DNA of 64,000 nt from Antedon mediterranea (lineage: Eukaryota; Animalia; Echinodermata): assembly GCF_964355755.1 (NCBI RefSeq), contig NC_092674.1, positions 11,904,001-11,968,000 of the forward strand. Reading direction: 5' to 3'. How positions within the stretch are numbered: the stretch's first letter is position 1; each line of letters starts with the position of its first letter. This document shows positions 39,001 to 51,909 of the stretch, piece after piece. The notes beneath the pieces were generated by a model that did no database searches, was not told the DNA's origin, and worked only from the letters and a program-made list of their open reading frames with translations. The position numbers were made by a program, and so were the translations under genes.

Positions 39001-42000
39001 AAATAAAAAAAATAACAATTTTGTTAATACATTTGAGTTAATATATTATTAATTATTATCATAGGTATTAACTATTATTATTTAATTGTTATCAAATTAT
39101 TTGTTACTATGTTATAGGAATTGTACAATGTCGAAATTTGAGAGAAAACACAACTTTTACAAACATGATAAATGGTTCGCAGTGCAAATTGTATCAAGAA
39201 TGAACATGCATTTAATTAACAAAAGTTAACTCACATAAACAAAATTGATGATGTAAAAGTTCAATGTAGTTAGTGAATATCATGTGATCCATAGTCCTCC
39301 AATCAAATTACAATAATTTACTTAGGCAGGAATATCTAATGTTGGCTACTTGCCATGCTAAATTTAATTAATTTTACTCCAAAGTTGGAACTCCAGTAGA
39401 CACCTTCTGATCTTGATCTCTGTTTATGAGAAGTTATTTTGCCTGATTTTCTTCTGATTACAGTATGCTAAAAATGTTTATGTTGTCATTTATTTATTGT
39501 AGGTATGTCTGGAAGACATTTGAAGTTTGGTTTCCACTGTACATCATAGTGCTTTCAGTAGCGTGTGTTTTATTTGGCTATGTAGCATTATTACTATTAT
39601 TTGGTATCATTAGTGTTTGTCTTCATCAACGTTTGTGTATGCATGTTATTCATAAGGTAAGCTACCTATGTTGATTTACTTTAGGGTGCTTTTTTGTGCA
39701 ACAACTGATGAGCTATCTAACTGTAGTCAGTCATTGCCTGGACTATAGAAACCAACTTTTGTTCTTATTGAAAATGCCAAGACCATTTTAAAGAACATAA
39801 TTTGATTTTTTTTTCTGCCACGGCAGCGACTCACTTTCCCGTTCCCTTACTTTATTTTCAGGTTCTTATTTGCTTTGTTTTTGTGTATCACGTTGCAATA
39901 CTGACTCTGTTCACATTTTTGGATCCAGTATTGTGGATTCTTGCTAGTCGCTATTTTCAGGTAAGTACCTTTTATGTACAGTAATTATCATGTACAGGTA
40001 CATTTTTCTGTTGATTTTCAGAGAAGCATGTTTGTTTCACCATAAATGGATTATGTGTAAACCAGACCTCCTACCTTTAAATTGTTTTGCTTTAAACATT
40101 ACCATAATGAATATGAACTACTATAATATTTTACAATGAACTCGTGTGATGCAATGCATCCGATGGGTATTTGAACTTGTCCAACCAAGATTCCTCTGTG
40201 GTTTAATGGTTTATATGCTCGCCTTGTCAGTGAGAGGTCACATGTTCAAGTTTCGTCAATAATTATATCGGAATATCAATTGTGTTGAACTATTGTACTG
40301 TATCTCCATGTCCCAGTTAAACATTTATTATTTGTTTATTTCTATCTTAAAATGCAGTCTATTTTTCTTTTCAGTTTTCTGGTCCATTCCTACATCTCAT
40401 AGCTGTTGTTTTTGTTACTATAGTAACTTGGTTTGTTGCAGCAGGTCTAGGTGTGCTTTGTAGTCGAGGTAACTTTTAGTATCTTCTATGTTTAACGATA
40501 TTTTTACAAGGAAAAAAATAGCATGCTGGTTAATTTGTCATAAATCATTCTGATTCGTAGTTGATCACAAATAAGATGTGTCACTATAAAATAATATTGT
40601 GTGAAGATTTACTAATCAGTTTTAATATTCAAGATAAACACAATTGAAATAGCACTTTATAGACCTTATTTTTTTCACATAAATTCTCATTTACACAGCA
40701 CACTTGCTCCTCCACTAAAAGCTTTTATATGTCAAAAAAAAATTCTATTAAATAAATTAAATTCTAATTTGTCTTAAAATATATCTTAAAATATTTGTTT
40801 AGTTTTAAATACTGCAAATAAATAATTAGATAAAGTGTACATATAATCATTTAATAATTACAAAAACTATGTAATAAAAAGTGCTATTCAACTTTGTGTA
40901 TATTTGAATATCTGAAAAAAATTAAAATTAAAATAACATAATTAATACATTTGCACATGGCTAATTGGAAATGTTTTATTTTTAGAATTACATTGTGATT
41001 TTACTAACCTTGCATTTACAAATAACATATTTAGTTGCACATTGTTTTTAATTTCAGACGTACAAGTTCAATATGAACTGGTTGCTGATAAAGACCCATT
41101 AGATGGGAGTGATAACAAAATAAACAAAGAATGTTCATATTTATATAATACAAATAAAATAAGTGAGTGGTTTTATAATTTATAGTAATGGTGTTTTATT
41201 GGTTAATTCAACTCTATCAGTCTATCTCTATCCAGTATTTGAATATTCCCATGGGAAAAACAATTTTAAATAGAATCCACTCAAAAATTATTTATGTCGT
41301 TATTGCTAGATGAGCTAGTAATTTCTTTTCTTTCTTTCTTTCTTTTATTCAATTTTTCACACTTCAAAATAGTACAAGTTATGTGAAACAATGATAACAG
41401 GTATCATAGTAATAAATAAACAATAAGGTAATTAAACTAATTAAAAAAAAATGTATAAAGATACTTGTACTTTAAAAAAAACAAAGAAGTGTGAAAGGAG
41501 GTCAAATAAGTATGATACTTTAAGCTTGACCCCTAACAAGACTACAGGTTACGGTACATGACAAAACAGCACATGAAGTATTGATATTTGCAGTACAAAA
41601 TGCCTAGTAATAATGCATACATGAACTCATAATCATTCTCCCCAGCCAGGATAAGAAACATGAGAAGTGAATTTCCCATTTTCTTGGTCAATAAAGACAT
41701 TTTTTCTTTTAAAAACTCTTTTCTACAGTAAATTAAAAGATTCTTCCAATCTATTGTAAATTTGTAATAAACATTATATTAGGTTTTGTATAAAAGGCCC
41801 ATTAGCAAAATATGATGCTACATGACTATGCCCTATTTCCAATTGTGAAAAAATAAGAAATTTACTTATTTTCAATGACCAACCAGATAAAAATACATTG
41901 AAAAAATAGAGGACAATCCGATGTAAATTTTCTCCTCTTTTATACTTTGGCTTTATACTTGTTCTTTGTTGGTTTTGTTGCTTAATTAATTATCAGACGA

Positions 42001-45000
42001 TAACGTATTGTATCAAAGTAGTATTGAACTGAATGTTGCTAGCTTTATTTCCTTTTTTTAAATGCTTGATTTTTTTTAACATGAGTTTGTTATGTTCTTA
42101 TTTTTTGCTTTTTTTAAAAACTTGGTTTTACATAATGGCAATCACCACTAATAAATTGCTTCATTAATATTTTAAACAGCATGAATAACAATAATTATAT
42201 TAAAAATATCTATAATGTTATCAAATAACTTCTAGTTTAAAAATCCAAATGATGATTCACAAAACAAGACTTTCTGGCTATGTTTAAAACTGTAATAAAA
42301 GATAAAATAAATACATATACATTGCACTTGAATATAACTGGCTGTTTATATAAACACATTGGCATTTTAATGCACTTGCATAAAAGCCACACAGTACAAA
42401 AGCTACTGTACGTTGCCTTTGTAAATGTAACGTTAGATTTTTTTTCTCAAAAATTGTTTGTGCACTTAAACATAAATAAACTATTTTGCTCAGTTTTTGT
42501 GCATTTTCATTTTTTAGGAGTTACGATTCGAGATATGACATTGGTTTACTTGCTGCTTCTTATTGGATTGTATATAACACCGATATTTATCAAATCTCCT
42601 TGTATTATGGATTACAGTGACACACCTGATAAACCACTTATATTTGCACATAAAGGAGCTGAAATGGTAAGTAAGCTAGAATAGTAATTTACTTGATTAT
42701 ATTTTGTTTATATTAATAAATTCACAAGCAAACAGAGATAAAAACAGGCTGAAATAGAACAAAACAAATGGTACAATATCTACAAACTGATATATTTACA
42801 TTCAAGATCTACAGTAAATCTAGCCTACACATTTTATGGCAATTAAACTCAATTTCTAGAGGTTTCTTTACTAATGCAGTCCAGCTGTGGATCACATGAC
42901 CAGACTAGGCTTTAAAGCTAAAACTAACTCACCGTAACTCACCGTATACCACTCTAAATGAGTGGTGCAAGAGGCTGGTGGGCCGGTCGTGGCCCTCTAT
43001 TAAAACTGCAAACTTTAATGTTTTAAAACTTAATTACTGTAAAAAATAACATTGTATACTTTTAATTCTTAATATATTTACATATTTTAATAAATTGTTC
43101 ATGATATTAGAATTCTTTGATTACATTGTTTGTACTTGTACAAACAATAAAGTTAATAATTGATTTAATACTATTTAAAAAATAAAATGTTGCCTTTTTA
43201 TGCCATTTCTATATTTTGTATGACGCTTTCCATTATTAGTACTATACATTCATATTTTTCTTCACATTTTTCACTTTTAAACTTTTTAGCTCGCACCGGA
43301 AAACACAGATATGGCATTTCGTATAGCATTGGATGACTATAAGGTGCATGGTATTGAGTCTGATGTTAGAATAAGGTAGTGATGCAATTTAATTTATATG
43401 TTCTGTACAGTGTATTAAAAATAATAGTTCATTCTTATATAGCGCATATAAGCAAGTTCTCAATGCGCTGAACATTATTACCCCAGACATTGTTTTAATA
43501 TATAGCCTGCTTCATCCATCTGTTAGATCAGCGTTCTGCAAACCTTTTATTTTTCGGCCTAAAATCCTGTCCTCAGGACCAAGCCGCGACCCAACTGCCC
43601 AGATGAAAACTGAGATCATGAGGTAATAAAAAAGAGTCCGCCACAACTCAGCCCCACCATGGTTGGTGAGGTAAGAATATTTTTGGAATATGGACCGTGG
43701 GTTCTAGAAAATTGATCCAATAAAAAAAAATCAGCGCAGGGTTTCCCTTTTTAACATACACGATACATATCACTGTGTCATGTTTCAGTTCATACATCGC
43801 GATCAAAATTTGGCCGCACATATCAATTGCGTTAGGTATGCTTTCAAACATTTTCAGCAAGATCAAACCATAATATTATATATAATAAAGGTTCTTACAA
43901 TCTGAAACTTGTATTGTTGTATTGGTAATGTAATTATTTTTGAAAAAAATGTTTGGCGGACACATGCCAACCATGGAGCTATATAGCTCCATGGTAATAC
44001 AGTGTCAAATTCAAGTTGAAATTGACACAATTTTCATACTGTAGTTTTTTTATCAAATTTTCAGTCGTGACGGCGTGCCATATGTAATGCATGACAACAA
44101 TTTACGACGTACAACAAATGTGAAGGATATTTTTCCAAAACGCTACATGGAGTCTGCAGATAACTTTACTATTGACGAACTAAAGTCCCTCAATGCTGGT
44201 TCCTGGTTTATGACGGTATGTGCAAAAAACAGTTATAGCAATTGTTTATGGGTTTAAGGCTTCCAAAAAAGCTTCCATCATAAGAATGCTTTTTGGAAAG
44301 ACTAGTGTAATATCAAAATTGGATTATTACCAATTGTTAAAAGTGAAAAAAAAAGGAAGTACTGTATGTCATTAAATGTTATATGTCCGTTGTAATATAG
44401 AACTTCAATTTGTCTAAATTATTGTTTCCTCATTATTGTTCAACATTTACAAGTGTGCAAATAGCACATGTAGTTGGAAGGGACTTGTACCTAATGTACA
44501 CATTTTATGGCAAGTAAAATTGTTGATTTAAATTTTACAATAATTTGTAAACATTTATTGGGTCATTTTGCTCATATGAGTGGAAAGAGCGGTATGTTCC
44601 ATGCCTCATGTTGTAGAGAAATTATTCAAGAGAAACTACCAAGGCCTATTAGTGCTCTGATCATAGGCTTCAGTCAGCCATATGGGACAAGCCTTTTGCA
44701 AAATAATGTGTACTCTTTGTAAATGTTTGAAAATGTTGAAAATTGTGAATGGTTCCTTGATATATTGAAATAATTATAATTTTTTACAATATAATACTAT
44801 ACAGTATTATGTTATAATAATCAAATAATTGTTTAATTTTTAATTTCTAAATATTTTATTTTATTTTTTAAATATTTTACCCTCATAGAGAGACCCTTTT
44901 TTAACAGCCGGGATGTTGTCGTCAGAACAGAAAGATCATTACAGATCACAGAAAATACCCACAATGCAAGAGATGATTAGAATGGTTTTGAAACGCAACA

Positions 45001-47701
45001 GGACACTATTATTTGATATTAGACCGCCCCCTAGTGGTCATCCTTACATCGAGTCATGGCTGAACGTGACGCTGAATACAATACGTGATGAGGGTATTGC
45101 TGACCAAGATTTGGTATGTACGAATAATTCTGACTAGTTCTTCTATCTTCTGCTCACATTGTATCACAAATATTTCATTTGTTGAAATATTGAATTTTCT
45201 ATAGACAACACCTTCTGGTCTGAATTTTATTTAATTACTTTGCTTCTACCATCTTGCGTCCTTGAGTTGCACATAATTTTGAACATTGGCATTAAATATC
45301 GCCATTAATATCGCTTTTCTGTTCTGTGAAACTATTACTGAACATGTGATACGTAATTACCCAATCACATTGCAAGAATACACAAGGTTTTATAATACAA
45401 ATTTTATTCATTTTTTATTAATTACATGTCCAAAATACTAATGTTTGCATAAATTAATACAATATGTCATTCAAATATTTACTTATAAATAGTTAAAATG
45501 TGTTGAATCATATTATCACTTATTATTTTTAGGAATTTTGGAAAGCACCAAATGGACCACATTATGTGGTCTTTATTAAAGTCTTTGATAAACGAAAGAT
45601 ACAGAACGTACATCACTCAATACCATTTAAATATATAAGGTAACAAGTTTTATGTTGATTATTCATTTTTCTAAATGGTTTGTACTGGTTGCATATCTAA
45701 TGTGCAGGGCTCGCATTATCACTTTAATAATAATAATTATAATAATAATAACTAAAAATAATAAATATAATAATAACTAAATCCCCATAATTAATGTGAA
45801 CTAAAAAAATACACTTTGCTGCAGTTATAGTTACTTTCGGTTAACAAAAAGGAAAAACTGAGTTTCTAATGCATTTTACACAATATGCCACACTTTGAAA
45901 ATGCCTACTACATCCCATTGTATTGGATGTATAAACAAAATTATAGCACCCTCTATGTTCAGATTTTACTGTCAATACCATACAACTTTTAATCTATCTG
46001 CCTTTAGTGTATTAACATTGCTGAATTTATGATAACAAAAAAGGACAATTTCCATATTTTTGTTTTTGAATTGCATTTTTTTGTTGTGTCCTGGACAGAA
46101 ATATCTATATCATTTCCAGTTAAAAGGGTTCTTTTCATACTTGATAGACAAATAAAACAGTTTAAAATTTAAATCTGTTTATCTCTAGTTCAAATGCAAC
46201 AATGAATATATCTACAAATGTGTGGAATGTCAAAGAGAAGTGGTTATTTTCATTGTTCTGGTGTGTTGGAACATCGTCTGTTACAACATCAGCTTGTCAC
46301 ACATTGCAACAGTTGGATTCTCCATCTTGGCAATTGGTGAGAAAACAAAAACATTAAAAAAAGAGAGAATCATGTTTTGTAGTAGGTACCTGTTTAAGGA
46401 TTACGTTATAGCTACAGTATAACACTTGACCGGGCGGTTAAGGCAGGGGCGCTGTTTGCCGTACCTAAAGAGCCAAAAATATCGGCATGAGATATTATAC
46501 AAATAATGAATTTTTGCCAAGTCGGAGCCTTGTTATTTTAATAAACTTGAAATGAGTTGAAAATAGAGGTAGGGATTATATTTCCAAATAACAAGTAATA
46601 TGCAATTAACCAATCAAATTGCAAGAATTCAATCAGGTGTGTTAAAAAAGGATTAATTATTATCACTTTTTGTTTCTGTAGAGTCATCAGCACTATTTGA
46701 TAATGTGGATATTATTTGATGTTGCGTCTCTTGTTTGGGTGGTTGTTTTGTTCATTATACAAATCAGGTAAGAAACAAAAGTAAGAAGGTATTTTTTATT
46801 TATTGACAATAACAATAAAGTGAAAATATAATGAATTTAAATGTAATTGCATATTTTCTTATTAACCATGATGGAGACAGACCTTGAATTTAGGAAACTA
46901 ACCAAATAGAAAACTATATAACATAACAATTTAAACCCTTCAATTGGAACAGGACACACTCCAAATAAGGAGACTTTTTTGCAGAAAACAAACAAGGGGA
47001 AATATACTATACAAATAATGAATGTTAGTAATATTTTTCATAAAGGTGAAAAGAGAACATTTTTAATAGAAAAAAAAAGAACTATCACCTCATGAAATTA
47101 TTTGGCCTATTGAACGAATTAAAACATTTATTATTTGTACATACATTTACTTTTAATGAGAGGCTCACTGTGTATTACACAACAAGAACATCCACTTTAA
47201 TGGGTTTATAGTATATGTCTATTGAACATCATGTGACCCACAATTGTCAAATGAAATGACAAGAATCTATGTGTTATAATAATATAAAAATATATAAAAT
47301 ATTAATAACACAACTACCCCTTAAGAGCACACTCATATTGATGGGATACTTTGTCAAGTGTTATACTATTGTTAAATGTCTAATTAATAAAGTAATTTAA
47401 TGAATTTTGTAAATGGTGATAACTGTAACAATTGATTTGTTAAATTTAAATAAAAAAAATGATTTTTTTGGATTACCTATTATAATTTATGAAACGTATT
47501 TTGTTTTTTAGTCGGAGACACCAAAGTGCCACAGTAAAAAGTGATCGATACAATTACACTGATTTTATAACCCTTGAAGAAATGACTTCCAACACAGCTT
47601 CAACGACAGTAAACAGTGCCCACATGGATGCAGTGAGTAAGAAACAGACATCGACATCCACGCAAAGTGGCCTGGAACGGGAGTCAAATCACGTACTCTA
47701 G
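33007..47701 (+). CDS. GDPD5: Multi-pass glycerophosphodiester phosphodiesterase, GDPD5/GDPD2/GDPD4 (GDE2/3/6) family
   Basis: Exons 33007-33105, 37586-37689, 39503-39656, 39862-39960, 40375-40468, 41058-41162, 42518-42666, 43290-43375, 44065-44215, 44889-45113, 45533-45639, 46189-46336, 46682-46767, 47512-47701; all phase-compatible. Motifs CERVWF, NDSNEFN, GPFLH, SPCIM, FAHKGAEMLAPENT, GIESDV, MHDNNLRRTTNV, LNAGSWF, PPSGHPY and WLFSLFWC. The symbol is at family level (likely pro-orthologue). Confidence 0.92.
35220..35640 (-). mobile_element. Rex1/Babar-like LINE 3' fragment
   Basis: ORF 35310-35555 has IMTDEPHPLH...SGRMRFPAFATNRYRDLFV, typical of the region after the RT domain in this clade. 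Confidence 0.7.
36730..37152 (+). mobile_element. Degenerate L2-like LINE 3' end
   Basis: Remnants such as NLH..., FKLLLVTFK and TKTYG, ending in GGCGCTATATCAAT...TTATTATTATT. Confidence 0.5.
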
Positions 47702-50700
47702 ATAAAATATGCATTTTCAATAATATTTGAACTATAAAGTATACACTAGACTTTTTGGTAATGTTTACAACAAAAATGAAGTGCAAATACTGTAGCTCAA
47801 ATAGACAACTAAGTTAAGCCTTTTCCTGACAGATCACAGCCATCACCGGTAATATAACAACTATGATGTTCACCGAAACCAGATACTAAAATTGTATTTT
47901 ATTTATTTCCCATTTATATTGAAAGGTGGTAAAGACAGAAATGATTTTAATATGAATATTAAATCATTTAGAGAGAAAAGGGCTTTAGTTTCAGGACACT
48001 GAGCTTGCCTTGATTTGATCTTATGTCTGGCTGCAATAAATACCAACAGTACTGTATGTACATATTCTCCAAGGCGCACGGTATCTGTTAAGGGGTGTGG
48101 AACTGATCGTGTCACAGCCACAGGTAAACCCTTTGATCTCAAGAGCACATCCTGTTGTTAGATTGCTTTAATTTATCTAAGGAAACTGAACTCTGAAAAA
48201 CTAAATTAGCAAACAGAATGGATGATGATGTACTATAATATAGTTGTAGTATAGTCTTCAGGTCACTTATAACACTGTTTTTGTAGCACTTATTTTGAGC
48301 CAAGCAAGCTACAGATGAAGGCCCAGCTTCTTGTTGTGATGTCACAGACACGTTGACGAGCTTATGTTTCAGGATGGCAGACCAATAAGACTGTACATAC
48401 TGTGACAGTGAAAAAGGAATACTCCTCACCAATGTCTGTTAAATTACATATTGTTACTGCAATGAAAGCTTGCCTATTTAATTTGGCTTGTCTTCCCATT
48501 CAAATCATAAACATTATTGTATATTATATTAACACACCTGATTGTATTCTTGCAATTTGATTGGTTAGTACGCATCTTTTAGAATTTTGGAATTTGCCCT
48601 ACCTAAACTAAAAAGTGATATCTATGATAATTAACACGTTCTAATGCATGTTTTAGCTTTTTGTAGAATTTTTGCCATGCAATCAATCATCGCGTTTGAA
48701 AATCAACTTGTTGTGCGCACCATCTATAACTTGGAAAGTTTTGAATGGCCTAGCAATCGTCAATTATTTATGATAATAGAATAAAAGTAGGTGTAGAGAA
48801 TATTTCTTTTGATGAAAAATGCCTCGCCTCCTTTAAAGGTAGAGCAGTTAATTTTTCAACTCATAAAATATTGATTCTCACCATCCAACTCATACACATT
48901 CATTTGTAAGTAAGATGTATTTGTTATGGTTTATAGCAGTTGTAGACTAATTTACACTTACTATTTACACGGATTAATTGTGTTTTTTTAAATATTTTTA
49001 TTTCTTTGTATAATGATAATAATAAGTGTGTGCAGTGATAATATCGCTATTTATATATATTTTATATCCTTTCAGTTTCACTTTAATAACAATAATAATC
49101 CTGTTTTGAATACGGTTTATATTTTATAGTTATTCTTTAAAAAAAAATATTTTATCAATTTACAAAGTAACAAAAGAATTAGTATACAATTTACATACAG
49201 TAATTATGTATTTCTTAAAAGATGATTAAAATAGAAAGTCAGAAATATATGTATATTTGATATGAAATATAACGGTAATATAATCAGTTTATTTTATATA
49301 TATAAAATTGCCATGTTATATATAAGATATTTTAGACTGGGGTTTACTGTTCTTAAATTTAAAATTTATCTCCAATTAATTTTTGACAGTTGTAATGAAA
49401 AATGAGTGCCGTGTAAGCCCCTCCCCTTTTTTTCTTGAAGATGATTAAAATACAAGTCAGAAATATATGTATATTTGGTATAAAATATAATAGTAATAAA
49501 ATCAGTTTCTGTTTATAGGTTAAGATAGGAAATTTAGTTTTTAACTGGGTAACTATTTGTAATAGAAATACTATTTTCTTATGTAAAATTCATTTGAATT
49601 ATATAAGTATATGAGAGTCGATTTTGATAAATTGTTTATCTTTAAAAACTAAAAAAGAGCGGCTTATTTCGCTCGCTCCACTAGAAAATTAAGTGGGGTT
49701 ATTATTGTTATTTTATAATAAACAATAGAATCCTTGAGCTACCCTTTAGGCATGGCTTATTAACTTTCTCTTTTAAGAGGATATAAATGAATAACATTCT
49801 TTGGTAGTGCTTTCATAATGCTATTCATAGATCGTTGTACATTTTTATAACAAGTAAACATTTGAATTACATCATATTCTAAAATTAGTAACATTTAGTT
49901 AATCATTTCAATGCTCCTTATTATTACATAAATGTACATATTTGCTTCTACAGATATGAGTAACCCATGCTTTGAGATTTTAAATTGATAGGAAGTTTCT
50001 GCTATTTTAAAAAGTGGGTTTACTATTACGTGTTGATTTCATTTTCCACTCATTCAGTTCACAGCCTAGCTTCTACTGTTTATTGGCTTCAGGGAAGAGT
50101 GAAATTACAATTAATTTCATTCTTCCCTGGGTTTACTATAGGCAAAATAATGTTTTTTAATTGTTTATTTACACGATTTACCTAAAGATTCTGTAAAATA
50201 ATTCAGTTCAAATTGTTGCCGTGTGTATGTATATATAGTACAATTCCTTGCTACTAACACAGCCATTTATACATTATACATAATACACATGTGCTGATGT
50301 GTGTGTAGGACTACTATTAACACAATGCAAATTAGACTAGCCATAATGCAGCATTACATTTTTGTATTCAGTCTTAATTAAGAATTTCAATGAAAAGTCT
50401 AGATAAAACAGAAATGTTGGAAATAAATATGATTATTTTTAATAACTGTTTGTATATTTTAATTCATATACATTATACTTGAACTGTCAAAACAAAGGAA
50501 CTAAGGATGTGGTTTTTACTCCAGTTGTCTTTTTCATTCTTAGTATGATAGTTTCATCAAACACAAACAAATTATGCTTTATAGACAGAAATTAGTCTTT
50601 CATCACTTATGAATTCAAACACATTTTAGACCACAAGTTATGTTTGCATTTGAAGTTGAAAATTTCAAGCTTTTGATAAATTAATTTCCTTGTTTGTACA

Positions 50701-51681
50701 GTATTCACAATATTAGTCACTTTTTTAAAATGCTGTTTTTTTTAACTTTCATACTTTCCTATGTATTACATTACTACTAATAAAGTGATATAGTATAGGA
50801 GTAAATATATATAAAGTAAATAATATAGAATGATAAATACAATAATTTGTTTTATTATTTTATTTTGTATTTGTTTAAAAAGCTAGGCTATACAAACAAT
50901 TCCAGTTGAAATACAGTAGGAAGAAACACAGTAAAAGAACAGACATCATTTTTAGAACTCTAATTTTATTTTACTAAAAACTATTGTATTATTAATTATT
51001 ACCACTCCATATGAAATTTATTTATAATGATATCTTTATCTATCACACTCACAGTAAAAATTATCAAATTAAAAACAATTTATAACTTTAAAAAGAAAAC
51101 TGGAGACATACAGTAGTTGTAAATGTCAATACAAAATTAGATTATTATAATATTCTGTATAAAAAATATAGCTTATTTTCGTTGCATCAATAAATTCTAA
51201 TTTCTTTGTATTTAATTGGTTTTTTTCATCATTGCATTAAACTGAATTGCAATATATGTACGATATAAAAAATATATTTTCACACACAAAGAAAGACTTA
51301 AAAACGATTGAGATTTTACAGGGTTAATATATTAAAAACGACATTTTAAATTTGATTACTTTGCTGAATGTTCAGTTATTACATATCCGCCTGCCAATTA
51401 CTAATCGAACTCATTATGTATGGGCCTGTAAAACAGATCCGTTAACTGGTCTGTTATAGCCATTCAATTAAATTTGAACAGTTTCCCTCCTGATGTTTTA
51501 CCTATTGTTTATGATATACTGCTGTTGTATACTAAGGTTCAGGTAACGGTATTTATATTATCCCATTCATTTATCAGACTCCTGAAAATCACACATTTTC
51601 TTATAACTATTATAAATATTAATCTCTCCAGTAAAGCAGACTAATTTTTTTTTCCCAACAGAAAACATTTTCTTTAAGGCT

Positions 51682-51800
51682 CAAAAGGTCCCAAGGGGTA
51701 GTGCCGAATGTTTACTCTAGCTATCTAACCGTTTCAAAGGTCCCAAGGGGTAGTGCCGAATGTTTAAGATACAGTACTCTAGCTATCTAACCGTTTCAAA
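51682..51800. repeat. Tandem duplication (~52 bp) with a small insertion in copy 2
   Basis: AAAGGTCCCAAGGGGTAGTGCCGAATGTTTA...CTCTAGCTATCTAACCGTTTCAAA occurs twice. Confidence 0.9.
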
Positions 51801-51909
51801 ATACATTGCCAATCTATAGTATATTGCTCTTCTACTAACATTTTTGTTTGAGGCCTAATATGACTACCTGTACTTTACTACATATACTGTATACGTATTT
51901 TCAAGTAAT

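Noticed and set aside
40191-40258. tRNA-Thr(TGT)-like sequence
   Set aside because: An anticodon stem CTCGC/GTGAG is present, but the T-arm and acceptor stem are broken; at most a decayed SINE head.
50960-51909. AU-rich instability elements in the cytokine-like 3'UTR
   Set aside because: ATTTA words are expected by chance in such AT-rich DNA.
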